A stretch of DNA of 64,000 bases from an uncultured bacterium. Its GTDB lineage: Bacteria; Acidobacteriota; Thermoanaerobaculia; Multivoradales; JAHZIX01. Under the pieces are notes generated by a model. It did not search any database and was not told where the DNA came from. It saw nothing but the letters and a program-made list of their open reading frames with translations. The stretch covers positions 64,001-128,000 of the forward strand of contig CBDUPA010000013.1 of assembly GCA_965368975.1 (NCBI GenBank), in the 5' to 3' direction. Positions 29,079 to 38,672 of the stretch are shown here, piece by piece. The position numbers and the translations under genes are program-made. How positions within the stretch are numbered: the first letter of the stretch is position 1; each line of letters starts with the position of its first letter.

Positions 29079-30260
29079 TCACGTCGCACCTTCCTCGTGC
29101 GACTTCCGCCATTGAACCCGGCTGCTCACCGCCTGCAGGTGGTGAGCCAGCCGCTCAGCCCCCTCCGGTGCCGCTAGCTCCCGCAGCCCGCAACGACTGA
29201 GCGCGAGCACCATCAGCGAGCGACGGCGCAAGCTCCGCTCGGCACGCCCCCAGACCTGCGCGTCGACCTGCTCCACGGTCCGAGCCGCCACTCGCAGCTC
29301 GCGCTGCAGCTGCACGAACGCGTCGTCCGACAGAGCTGGCTCTCCCCTGTACAGGTGTAGCCGGCCCTGGTCACGCAATCCACCGCACTCTTCGGTTTCA
29401 AGACCAATGCAGCGCAGAAACCAGTCGGCCCGGAAGCGCCCGACGGCAGCGGCGATACCGGCATAGTCGGCCAGCAGCTCGTCGAGCGCGTGATTCTTCA
29501 TCGAGCCGAGCAAGCGCCGCGTCAGGTAGTGAGCGCATTCGTGCTCACGCCGGATCACCAGGGACTTCGCCTTCCAGTCGTCCGGGTCGAGTCCCAAGTC
29601 GCCCGCCGGCACGGCGCCGTACGGCCCGTCACTCAGCAGGATGAAGCGATCCTGGTAGAGATCCCTGTCTGCCTTGATGCGCGCGAACTCCTCGTTCCAA
29701 CTGTCGGTCTCTCGTGCCTCCGGCACTGTCTGCTCCCAGGCTTCACGCAACGCGCGCAGGCGCGCCCAATTGTTGAAGCCAGCCACCATCTGCGCCCCCT
29801 GAGCGTCCGCCACCGGCACAGGCTCGCCGCGACGGCACAGGGCCCGCAACAACGCCACGAATTCCGGGCGTCGACGCACGATGAGCAGCGGGATGTGACC
29901 CGCGGCCGTGCCGTGCAGGCGTAGCTCCAACGCCTCTGGCTGCTCCAGGTGGAGACCCGTCGCGGTCTCCAAATCGGCCGGGTCGCGTCCCGCCAGCGTC
30001 GCGGCCCGGTAGTCCGGTTCACGGCTGATGCCTTCGCGGATCGGGAAACTCAGCTGAGGCAAGGATCGGGCCAGAACGTCGAACGCCAACATCCCCGAGG
30101 CACCGCTGACGAGCTTGGTCCAAGACCTCCAACAAGCAACAAAGGGTTCATCGTCCATCGGCAGCAGAACGCTCGAGCGCAGGGGCTCAGGATCGAAGTC
30201 ACGGCGGTAGTAGGCGGCCAGCTCCGAGGCCGCCGCATCAGGTTGCATGTTCCCGGGCAT
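29079..30260 (-). CDS. Uncharacterised protein with HExxH motif (DUF7005-like)
   Basis: GFNNW, YQDRFILLSDGPY, REHECAHYLT...DELLADY. Confidence 0.7.
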   Translation of the reverse strand: MPGNMQPDAAASELAAYYRRDFDPEPLRSSVLLPMDDEPFVACWRSWTKLVSGASGMLAFDVLARSLPQLSFPIREGISREPDYRAATLAGRDPADLETATGLHLEQPEALELRLHGTAAGHIPLLIVRRRPEFVALLRALCRRGEPVPVADAQGAQMVAGFNNWARLRALREAWEQTVPEARETDSWNEEFARIKADRDLYQDRFILLSDGPYGAVPAGDLGLDPDDWKAKSLVIRREHECAHYLTRRLLGSMKNHALDELLADYAGIAAAVGRFRADWFLRCIGLETEECGGLRDQGRLHLYRGEPALSDDAFVQLQRELRVAARTVEQVDAQVWGRAERSLRRRSLMVLALSRCGLRELAAPEGAERLAHHLQAVSSRVQWRKSHEEGAT

Positions 30261-30284
30261 TCGGCTAGCTTAGCACCCACAGTC

Positions 30285-31916
30285 ATGCTCAGAGTTTGCA
30301 ACATATCGGCTGGCAATTCCTCAGCTTCACGATCGCGGGTGCTCGTCTCCGCGACGCTCCTTCTATGTGCGTGCCAGCTCGTGGGTCTGCACGCGCAGCC
30401 CCGACCGGCCGCAGCGGATCCTGGGCGGCCGACGCATGGCCTGCCCCTGCTCGACGCCATCGAGCTGACGCTGAACCTCGACCCCAACATCGAGTTGGTC
30501 GAGGCACAGCTCGATGCCTCACGCGGTAGCTTGATGAGCGCCAGCAGCCGCTTCGATCCACAACTGACGGCTGACCTGCAGCGCGACGACGTGCGAACCG
30601 CCACGGGCGAGAACAGTTCGTCACGCTCCGAGTCGCTGAGTGCCAGCACTGGTCTGAGGTACGAGTTGCGTTCCGGACTACTGCTGACACCGTCGGTGAG
30701 CCTCGACCGCGACGAGCGCGACGCCGCGAACCAGGCCACCGTGGCTTTCAGCCTACGCCAGCCGCTGCTGCGTGGTCGGGGTCGCGATGTCGTGGCCGCA
30801 GCCGAGAGCGCGGCCGCGGGGGAGGTCGAAGCCAGCTACCACGACCTGCAGCACACCATCGCCCAGCGGCTACGCACCGTGACACAGTTCTATTGGCAGT
30901 TGCTGGCAGCTCAAGAGAACCTGGCGATTCTGCGCCAGGGTGAGGCACGGTCGCGCACGCTGATGGAAACGACGCGCCGCCTGATCGAAGCAGATGTGAC
31001 ACCGGCTGCCGACCTGATCCAGTTGCAAGCCGACCTCACCGCCCGCGAAGCCGCACGCATCGGAGGCGAAGAGAACGTCTTCTCCGCACGCCAGGTGCTG
31101 GGCCGGGAAATCGGTCTCGACGCCGAGGCCATCGCGGCTCTGCCCGCGGCCTCGGAACCGTTTCCCGAGCCCGTGCTGCCGGCGAGTCTGCGGGCGGACG
31201 CCGGACGCTTCATCGCGCGTGCACGCGCACTGCGCTCGGACCTGCAGGCGCAGCGCGTGCGTTCCGCCAACTCCCGCACGCTCGAACGCGCCGCCGCCAA
31301 CGCCGTGCAGCCGAGCCTCGACCTGATCTTCACGCCCAGCTACAGCGGCTTCACCTCGGGCAGCGCCGGCAGTGACTTTCTGGCTCCACTGTGGCGCGAA
31401 GTCCCCGGCCTCTCGGCGTCGATCGGCCTCAGCTTGACGCTGCCCATTGGGCACCGCCTGGCTGAAGGGCAGTTGTTACAAGAGCAGTCGGCACGGCGGC
31501 AGCGGGATCTGCAACGCGACTTGCTAGAGACGGCCATCGGTGCCGACGTACCCGCGGCGCTCGAAGCGGTGATCAGTGGTGCCGCACAGCTGGAGCGGGC
31601 CCGCGAAGCAGTGAGCCTGTTCGAGCAGGCGGTCGAGAACGAAGAGAAGAAGCAGCGCGTCGGTCGCTCGACGCTGCTCGACGTGATCAACCAGCGGGAC
31701 CGGCTGACTTCGGCACAACAACGCCTGGTGAACGCCCGCCTGAACCTGGCCCTGGCCCTGCTCGACTTGCGCTTCCAGACCGGCACCTTGTGGACGCCGG
31801 CACCCGTAGCAGATGGCAACAGCGGTAGCGGGGCGCGAACCGCGAACCGCGTCAGCCTGCAGCAACTCACGACGCTGCCGCCGCTACCGGCGGCGAATGA
31901 GGAGCCCGGACGATGA
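30285..31916 (+). CDS. TolC family outer membrane efflux protein
   Basis: Signal peptide from ATG 30285; SLRQPLLRG, GRSTLLDVI; coiled-coil OEP repeats. Confidence 0.88.
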   Translation: MLRVCNISAGNSSASRSRVLVSATLLLCACQLVGLHAQPRPAAADPGRPTHGLPLLDAIELTLNLDPNIELVEAQLDASRGSLMSASSRFDPQLTADLQRDDVRTATGENSSSRSESLSASTGLRYELRSGLLLTPSVSLDRDERDAANQATVAFSLRQPLLRGRGRDVVAAAESAAAGEVEASYHDLQHTIAQRLRTVTQFYWQLLAAQENLAILRQGEARSRTLMETTRRLIEADVTPAADLIQLQADLTAREAARIGGEENVFSARQVLGREIGLDAEAIAALPAASEPFPEPVLPASLRADAGRFIARARALRSDLQAQRVRSANSRTLERAAANAVQPSLDLIFTPSYSGFTSGSAGSDFLAPLWREVPGLSASIGLSLTLPIGHRLAEGQLLQEQSARRQRDLQRDLLETAIGADVPAALEAVISGAAQLERAREAVSLFEQAVENEEKKQRVGRSTLLDVINQRDRLTSAQQRLVNARLNLALALLDLRFQTGTLWTPAPVADGNSGSGARTANRVSLQQLTTLPPLPAANEEPGR

Positions 31917-31975
31917 TCCCATGCCAGCAGCACAGGCCCTGAGCCCAGCGCATCCATCCTGAAGAAAGACCGACC

Positions 31976-33226
31976 ATGAGCACCAAGATCTTCCGCAAGG
32001 TAGCCCTCGAGCGACTCTCCTCGCCCGAGCAGCTCGACCAGCTGCTGCAGGTGACCCATCCGCGCGGTTGGCTGGCCCTTGGTGCGCTCGGAGCCCTGCT
32101 GCTCGCCGCGCTAGTCTGGGGCTTCTTCGGTTCCATCCCTACCGTCGCCGCGGGCGAGGGAATTCTGCTGCGCCAGGGAGGCGTATCGAACGTCGTTGCC
32201 ACCGGCCAAGGGCAAGTGGAAGAGATCCTGGTGAGCGTCGGGCAAAGCGTGGCCAAAGACCAGGTGGTGGCGCGCGTGCGGCAGGAGGCGCTCTTGCGTC
32301 AGATCCAGGACACCGAAGACCGGGCCGAGGACCAGCGCCAGGAGAACGAGCGCCTACGCCAGCTGGCCGACGAGCGCCAGCGCCTGACGACGCGCAACCT
32401 ACAGCAGCAACGCGTCAACCTGGAACGCAGCATCGAGACCCTGAATACCGAAATCTCGTTGATCCGAGAGCGCCTGGATGCCGAGCAAGAACTCCTGCGT
32501 GACGGCCTGGTCACCAAACAGACCGTGCTGGCCAGCGAGCAAGCGCTGAATGCGGCACGCGACCGCCGAGACCGCCTGCAACAAGAACTGGCAGGCCTCG
32601 ACCTGACGCGCCTAGAGACCCGTCAGAGCCTCGACCAACAGCAAGAAACGGCCGAGAACCTCCTGCGCGACCTACAACTCGAGATCCGCGAGTTGCAGGC
32701 ACGGCTCGAAGAAGAGTCCGCGATCCGCTCACCGTTCGAAGGACGTGTCCTAGAGCTGGCAGTGGATCGCGGCGACGTCGTAGCCCCCGGCACCTCGCTG
32801 CTGAGTCTCGAGCTCACCTCCGAAGAGCTAGTGGCGGTGCTCTTCATCCCCGCCGACACGGGTAAGAAGGTGCAACCCGGCATGAAGGTGCAGATTGCAC
32901 CGACCATGGTCAAGCGCGAAGAATATGGCTTCATCTACGGTGAAGTGACCTGGGTCGCTGAGTTTCCTTCCACCGCCCGCGGCATGCTGCGCCTGCTGGC
33001 CAACCAGGAGCTGGTGACCCGCCTGCTGGCGCAAGGGCCTCCGATCCAGGTCGACGTGCGCTTGCAGACGGCGGCCAACTCCCCCACCGGCTACGCGTGG
33101 TCCTCGGGAGACGGCCCCAACCTGGAGATCACCAGTGGCACGCTGGCCACCGGCAGCGTCATCGCCGAGCAGAAACGCCCGATCAGCCTGGTGATCCCCG
33201 AGGTCAAGTCGAGGCTGGGTCTGTGA
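31976..33226 (+). CDS. NHLP bacteriocin system secretion (HlyD-family) protein
   Basis: IFRKVALERLSSPEQLDQLL N-terminus; KREEYGFI; QKRPISLVIP. Confidence 0.92.
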   Translation: MSTKIFRKVALERLSSPEQLDQLLQVTHPRGWLALGALGALLLAALVWGFFGSIPTVAAGEGILLRQGGVSNVVATGQGQVEEILVSVGQSVAKDQVVARVRQEALLRQIQDTEDRAEDQRQENERLRQLADERQRLTTRNLQQQRVNLERSIETLNTEISLIRERLDAEQELLRDGLVTKQTVLASEQALNAARDRRDRLQQELAGLDLTRLETRQSLDQQQETAENLLRDLQLEIRELQARLEEESAIRSPFEGRVLELAVDRGDVVAPGTSLLSLELTSEELVAVLFIPADTGKKVQPGMKVQIAPTMVKREEYGFIYGEVTWVAEFPSTARGMLRLLANQELVTRLLAQGPPIQVDVRLQTAANSPTGYAWSSGDGPNLEITSGTLATGSVIAEQKRPISLVIPEVKSRLGL

Positions 33227-33269
33227 TGTGGCGTTGGCAGCTCCTTGACGACGCGGAGCGTGCGCACCG

Positions 33270-35537
33270 GTGATCGCCCGAGCGAAAGCCCTGCTGGCCA
33301 AGCTGCGCGCCTGGTGGACCCAGGACCGGCGGCGTGCCAAGACGCCCACCGTGCTGCAAATGGAAGCCGTCGAATGCGGTGCCGCGTCGCTTGGCATCAT
33401 CCTGGCTTACTTCGGTCGCTGGGTACCCCTGGAAGAACTGCGCAGCGCCTGCGGCGTGTCGCGCGACGGCAGCAAGGCCTCCAACATGCTCAAAGCGGCA
33501 CGCCGCTACGGCCTCGAAGCCAAGGGCTTCAAGACAGAGCCCGCGGGGCTGCGCAAGTTCGAGCCACCGCTGATCCTGCACTGGAACTTCAACCACTTCT
33601 TGGTCCTCGAAGGTTTCGATCGCGAGCGCGTCTACCTCAACGACCCCGGCAGTGGTCCGCGCACTGTCACGCACCAGGAGCTGGATGAGAGCTTCACCGG
33701 CGTCGTGCTGCAATGCAAGCGCGGCGAAGCCTTCCAGGCCGAGGGCACGCCGCCGAGCCTGATCCCGGCCTTGGCGCGCCGCTTGCGTGGCAGTACCGCG
33801 GCGCTCGTCTTCGTGCTGCTGGCCGGGCTCGCGCTGGTGATCCCAACCTTGGTGACCCCGGCCTTCTCCCGCGTCTTCATCGATGCCGTGCTGCTCGATG
33901 CGCGCATCGGCTGGGTCAAGCCGCTGCTGCTGGCCATGACGCTGACCGCATTGATGCTGGCTGCGCTCACCTGGCTGCAGCAGAACTACCTGCTGCGCCT
34001 GGAAACCCGCATGGCGGTGACCGGTTCGGGACGTTTTCTGTGGCATGTGCTGCGCCTGCCGATCGAGTTCTTCACCCAGCGCTTTGCTGGCGACATCAGC
34101 TCGCGCGTGATCATCAACGACCGGGTGGCTCAGCTGCTGTCTCGCGACCTGGCGCGCAACTTCCTCGGCTGCCTGATGATCTTTTTCTTCCTGCTGGTGC
34201 TGCTGCGTTACGACGTCCTGCTGACGCTGGTGGGCCTTGCGGTGGTGTCCCTCAACGTCGTGGCGCTGCGTTTCGTCTCGCGCAAGCGTGTCGATGGCAA
34301 CCGGCGCCTGCTGATGGACAAGGGCAAGATGCACGGTACCGCCATCGGTGGCTTGCAGATGATCGAGACGCTGAAAGCGACCGGTGGTGAAGACGACCTG
34401 TACCACCGCTGGTCCGGCTACCAGGCCAAGGTGGTCAACACGCGCCAGGAGCTGGAGCAGTACACGCAGTACCTGGATGCCGTGCCTCCCCTGCTCGGTG
34501 CGCTCAATACAGCGGCGATCCTCGGCCTGGGCAGCCTACGCGTGATGAGCGGCGCCCTGACGCTGGGCGAACTGATCGCCTTCCAGGTGTTGATGGCCAG
34601 CTTCGTGGCACCGGTCAACCAATTGGTCAATCTGGGCGCGCAGCTGCAGATGGTCGAAGGCGACATGAACCGCCTCGATGACGTCCTGCGCTACCGCATC
34701 GACGAGGGCGTCGCCGAAGCTCACGCCGCTCCCCCAGCCGCCGCGGAGGCGGCGGCCAGCACCCCATTTGCTGAAGAGCCAGCCGCCGAGGAGGCGGCCG
34801 GCGATACCGCCGTCAAGCTGCAAGGCCGCCTCGAGCTACGTGGCGTGACCTTTGGCTACAGCCGGCTCTCACCACCTCTGATCCAAGACTTCGACCTCGT
34901 GCTCGAACCCGGCTCGCGCGTCGCCCTGGTCGGGACCTCTGGCAGTGGGAAATCCACCATCGCCAAGCTGGTGACCGGGCTCTACAGTCCGTGGAGCGGC
35001 GAGATTCTCTTCGATGGCCAGACACGCTCCGAAGTCGACCCAAGGGTCTTGACCAACTCCATGGCGACTGTCGACCAGAGCATCTCCATGTTCGAGGGCA
35101 GCGTGCGCGAGAACCTCACCCTGTGGGACGACTCGCTGCCACAACCCGAGGTCGTGGCGGCCGCTAAAGATGCAGCGATCCACGACGATATCGCCGCCCG
35201 CCCCGGGGGCTACGAGAGCAAGATCGACGAAGGAGGTCAGAACTTCAGCGGCGGCCAGAAACAGCGCCTCGAGATCGCCCGTGCTCTGGTCGGCCGCCCA
35301 TCGCTACTGGTGCTCGACGAAGCCACCAGCGCCCTCGATCCGACGACCGAAGAAGAAATCGACCGCAACCTGCGCCGCCGCGGCTGTACCTGCCTGATCA
35401 TCGCCCACCGCCTGAGTACCATTCGCGACGCCGATGAGATTCTCGTCTTGTCGGACGGCAAGGTGGTCCAGCGTGGCAGCCACGACGAGCTGATCGAGCA
35501 GGACGGCCCCTACGTGCACCTGATCGAGGAGGCGTGA
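33270..35537 (+). CDS. NHLP-type ABC exporter, C39 peptidase/permease/ATPase
   Basis: TPTVLQMEAVECGAASL (catalytic Cys), VSRDGS, HWNFNHF, GTSGSGKS, FSGGQ, LDEATSALD. Confidence 0.95.
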   Translation: MIARAKALLAKLRAWWTQDRRRAKTPTVLQMEAVECGAASLGIILAYFGRWVPLEELRSACGVSRDGSKASNMLKAARRYGLEAKGFKTEPAGLRKFEPPLILHWNFNHFLVLEGFDRERVYLNDPGSGPRTVTHQELDESFTGVVLQCKRGEAFQAEGTPPSLIPALARRLRGSTAALVFVLLAGLALVIPTLVTPAFSRVFIDAVLLDARIGWVKPLLLAMTLTALMLAALTWLQQNYLLRLETRMAVTGSGRFLWHVLRLPIEFFTQRFAGDISSRVIINDRVAQLLSRDLARNFLGCLMIFFFLLVLLRYDVLLTLVGLAVVSLNVVALRFVSRKRVDGNRRLLMDKGKMHGTAIGGLQMIETLKATGGEDDLYHRWSGYQAKVVNTRQELEQYTQYLDAVPPLLGALNTAAILGLGSLRVMSGALTLGELIAFQVLMASFVAPVNQLVNLGAQLQMVEGDMNRLDDVLRYRIDEGVAEAHAAPPAAAEAAASTPFAEEPAAEEAAGDTAVKLQGRLELRGVTFGYSRLSPPLIQDFDLVLEPGSRVALVGTSGSGKSTIAKLVTGLYSPWSGEILFDGQTRSEVDPRVLTNSMATVDQSISMFEGSVRENLTLWDDSLPQPEVVAAAKDAAIHDDIAARPGGYESKIDEGGQNFSGGQKQRLEIARALVGRPSLLVLDEATSALDPTTEEEIDRNLRRRGCTCLIIAHRLSTIRDADEILVLSDGKVVQRGSHDELIEQDGPYVHLIEEA

Positions 35538-38500
35538 AGATGAGTTCACGCCCGGATCCACGGCTGATCGCCCGCCTCGAGCCGCTCGCCGAAGTCGTCA
35601 CGCCGACCGCCAATCGTCCCTTTGAATTGCATCCCGAGGAGCAAGCCTGGTTGATCGTCGCCGGCAGCGTCGATGTTTTCTACCGACGCACGATCCCAGG
35701 CGAAGGGGCGAACACCACCGGGCGACGCAGTCACCTGGGCACTGCCGGCGTCGGCGACGTGCTCTTCGGCTTCGCGCCCGCCTCTGGTTCGAGCTCCGGC
35801 TTGCACTTCTTGGCCACCGGTAACGAAGGCGCCCGCTTGCTGCGCGTTCCGCTGGCGTCGCTGGTTGCCCTGGCCCGCGACCCCGAATTGCTGCCGTGGC
35901 TCGCGGCGGCGGTCGAGAGCTGGGTCTGCTGGCTGCTGCAGCGCTGCGAAAAACCGGCACCACCGCAGAAGTTCGATCTCCTCGCGGCGAGTGCCGAACT
36001 GTCCCCGCAACCTGGTGCCGCCGTGCGTCCAGAGGGCGATGTCGTCTGGTTCCGCCTGCTGGCCGGTAGCTGTTCCCTGCTGGGCGAGGACGAATTGAGC
36101 TTGCGACCCACCAGCTACTTGCTCCCCCTGGCAGCTGACTGCTGGCTCCGCTGTGCCGATTCGGCAATCGAGGTCGCCCCCCGAGCCGGTGTCCCCACCG
36201 AGAGCCATGCCGTGGACAGAGCAGCGACAGAAGAAGCGCCACACGAGGGCCAGGACGAGACGCCGGCGATCGGCGCCGTACTGTCCGGCGTTGGCACTCA
36301 GATCCTGCTGCGCAGCGGCGCCTTGTGGGAAGCCCTGCTGCAGTACCACCACCTGTGCCTACGCTACCTGGCACTGGAACTCGCACGCGCCGAGCAACGA
36401 GAACGCCAACGACTGGATGTGCAGCGGCGACGCGACCAGCAGACCTTTGAGCAGGCGCACCAGCGTCTGGCCTCGGTACTCGGAAGCTCGGCTCCCAGCC
36501 CTGACGCCATCCCTGGCGGCGATGCCGCGCCCAGGCACATGGCTGAGGACCACGATCCTCGCTCCGACGACCTGTTGGCCGCGGCTTGCCGGCTGGTCTT
36601 CGACGAGCAGGGCCTGGAGTTCCAGGCACCAGCACCACACGCCAGTCGCTCGCGCGACCCGGTGGCGCGCTTCGCCGCCGCCGCGCACTTGCGTCATCGT
36701 CGCGTCCTGCTGCGCGACGACTGGTGGCAGCGTGACAACGGCCCACTGCTCGCATTTCGCCTGCCTGCAGGCTCGGGCCCAGGGAGTTCCCCGCAGATGG
36801 GCACTCCCGTCGCTCTGCTGCCGCTATCCCCCACACGCTATGAGATGGTCGACCCGCGCACCGGCAGCCGGCAGATCGTCGACGCTGAGGTGGCAGAAAC
36901 CCTGCAGGGTACAGCGGTGATGTTCTACCCGCCGCTGCCCGACCGGGCAGTGACGCCACTCGATCTGCTCCGCCTGGCGCTGCGTGGACGCCAACAGGAT
37001 CTAAGGATGCTCATCTTGATGGGCATCGGTGGCGGCGTCCTCGCCATGCTGACACCCGTGCTCACCGGCCAGATCGTCGGTCGTGTCATCCCTGAGGCCA
37101 ACCGCTCCCTGCTGCTGCAGATGGGGCTGGCCCTGACCTTCGCCGCGCTGGCCGCCGCCGCCTTCCAGATCACCCGTGGTATCGCCGTGCTGCGCCTGGG
37201 CGGCAAGATCGACGGCACCGTCCAGGCCGCGGTCTGGGATCGCTTGCTCGCCTTGCCTCTGACCTTCTTCCGCCGGTTCTCCGTCGGCGACCTGGCGGCG
37301 CGCTCACTCGGTATCGACACCATGCGCGAAATGCTCACCGGCAACGTGACGACCTCTCTGCTCGCCGCGGTCTTCTCCGGCTTCAGCTTCGCGCTACTCT
37401 TCTACTACAACTGGCGCCTGGCTCTGTTCGCCAGTGGCCTGGTCTTGACGCTGATGCTGGTCACCATCACCCTCACCTGGCTGCAGTTGCGTCACCAGCG
37501 GGCCCTGCTGCGCCTGCAAGGACGCCTGGAAAGCCTCCTGTTCGCGCTCATCTCCGGCATTTCCAAGCTACGCGTCGCGGGCGCCGAACCCCGTGCCTTC
37601 GCCCTCTGGGCCGAGTACTTCACCCAGCAGCGCCAACGGGCGATCCAGGCCCGCTCGATCGCCAACATCCAGGCCGCTTTCAACGCTGCCTACGGCGTCC
37701 TGACGTCGCTCGGTATCTTCGCCATGGTTGCCCTGTCGACCTACGTCGAGCTGTCGATCTCGGACTTCATCGCCTTCAACGCCGCCTACGGTCAATTCCA
37801 GGCCGCCGCTCTGTCGGTCACCGGCCTGCTGTCGTCCCTGATCGCGCTGGTGCCGATCTATGAGCGCGCCAGACCGATCCTCGACACCGTGCCCGAAGTC
37901 GATGCCACCAAGGCGGACGCGGGCGAGCTGCGCGGAGAGCTAGAGTTCAGCCACGTCTCTTTTCGCTACCGTCCGGACGGACCGCTGATCCTGGACGACG
38001 TCTCGTTGCGTGCCAGCCCCGGCGAGTTCATCGCCCTGGTCGGCCCCTCGGGCTCGGGCAAGTCGACCTGCCTGCGCTTGGTGCTCGGCTTCGAAGAACC
38101 CGCCGCCGGCTCGATCTACTTCGACGGCCAAGATCTACCGTCTCTCGACATCCAGAGCGTCCGGCGCCAGATCGGCGTCGTGCTGCAATCCAGCCAACCG
38201 ATGCCGGGCAGCATCTTCAGCAACATCGTCGGCGGCTCCAACCTGACCTTCGACGATGCCTGGGCGGCCGCCGAGATGGCCGGGCTGGCCAAGGACATCA
38301 AGCAGATGCCGATGGGCATGCACACGATCGTCAGCGAGGGCGGATCGACCTTCTCTGGTGGTCAGAAACAGCGCCTGCTGATTGCCCGTGCCCTCGTCCA
38401 CCGGCCGCGCATCCTGCTGTTCGACGAGGCAACCTCGGCACTCGACAACCGAACACAAGAGGTGGTCAGCCGCAGCCTCGAACGGCTCAAAGCGACGCGC

Positions 38501-38650
38501 GTGGTCGTCGCGCACCGCCTCAGCACCATCCGCAACGCGGACCGCATCTACGTGCTCGAACGCGGCCACATCACCGAGCACGGTAACTACGACGAGCTGA
38601 TGCAGATGGATGGCGCCTTCGCGCGCCTGGCGCGCCGGCAGCTGACCTGA
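35534..38650 (+). CDS. NHLP-type ABC exporter, permease/ATPase subunit lacking the peptidase Cys
   Basis: WWQRDNGPLLAF, QAAVWDRLL, GPSGSGKS, FSGGQ; coupled to the previous gene. Confidence 0.93.
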   Translation: MKMSSRPDPRLIARLEPLAEVVTPTANRPFELHPEEQAWLIVAGSVDVFYRRTIPGEGANTTGRRSHLGTAGVGDVLFGFAPASGSSSGLHFLATGNEGARLLRVPLASLVALARDPELLPWLAAAVESWVCWLLQRCEKPAPPQKFDLLAASAELSPQPGAAVRPEGDVVWFRLLAGSCSLLGEDELSLRPTSYLLPLAADCWLRCADSAIEVAPRAGVPTESHAVDRAATEEAPHEGQDETPAIGAVLSGVGTQILLRSGALWEALLQYHHLCLRYLALELARAEQRERQRLDVQRRRDQQTFEQAHQRLASVLGSSAPSPDAIPGGDAAPRHMAEDHDPRSDDLLAAACRLVFDEQGLEFQAPAPHASRSRDPVARFAAAAHLRHRRVLLRDDWWQRDNGPLLAFRLPAGSGPGSSPQMGTPVALLPLSPTRYEMVDPRTGSRQIVDAEVAETLQGTAVMFYPPLPDRAVTPLDLLRLALRGRQQDLRMLILMGIGGGVLAMLTPVLTGQIVGRVIPEANRSLLLQMGLALTFAALAAAAFQITRGIAVLRLGGKIDGTVQAAVWDRLLALPLTFFRRFSVGDLAARSLGIDTMREMLTGNVTTSLLAAVFSGFSFALLFYYNWRLALFASGLVLTLMLVTITLTWLQLRHQRALLRLQGRLESLLFALISGISKLRVAGAEPRAFALWAEYFTQQRQRAIQARSIANIQAAFNAAYGVLTSLGIFAMVALSTYVELSISDFIAFNAAYGQFQAAALSVTGLLSSLIALVPIYERARPILDTVPEVDATKADAGELRGELEFSHVSFRYRPDGPLILDDVSLRASPGEFIALVGPSGSGKSTCLRLVLGFEEPAAGSIYFDGQDLPSLDIQSVRRQIGVVLQSSQPMPGSIFSNIVGGSNLTFDDAWAAAEMAGLAKDIKQMPMGMHTIVSEGGSTFSGGQKQRLLIARALVHRPRILLFDEATSALDNRTQEVVSRSLERLKATRVVVAHRLSTIRNADRIYVLERGHITEHGNYDELMQMDGAFARLARRQLT

Positions 38651-38672
38651 ACCTTCCACGGGGACCCCAACC

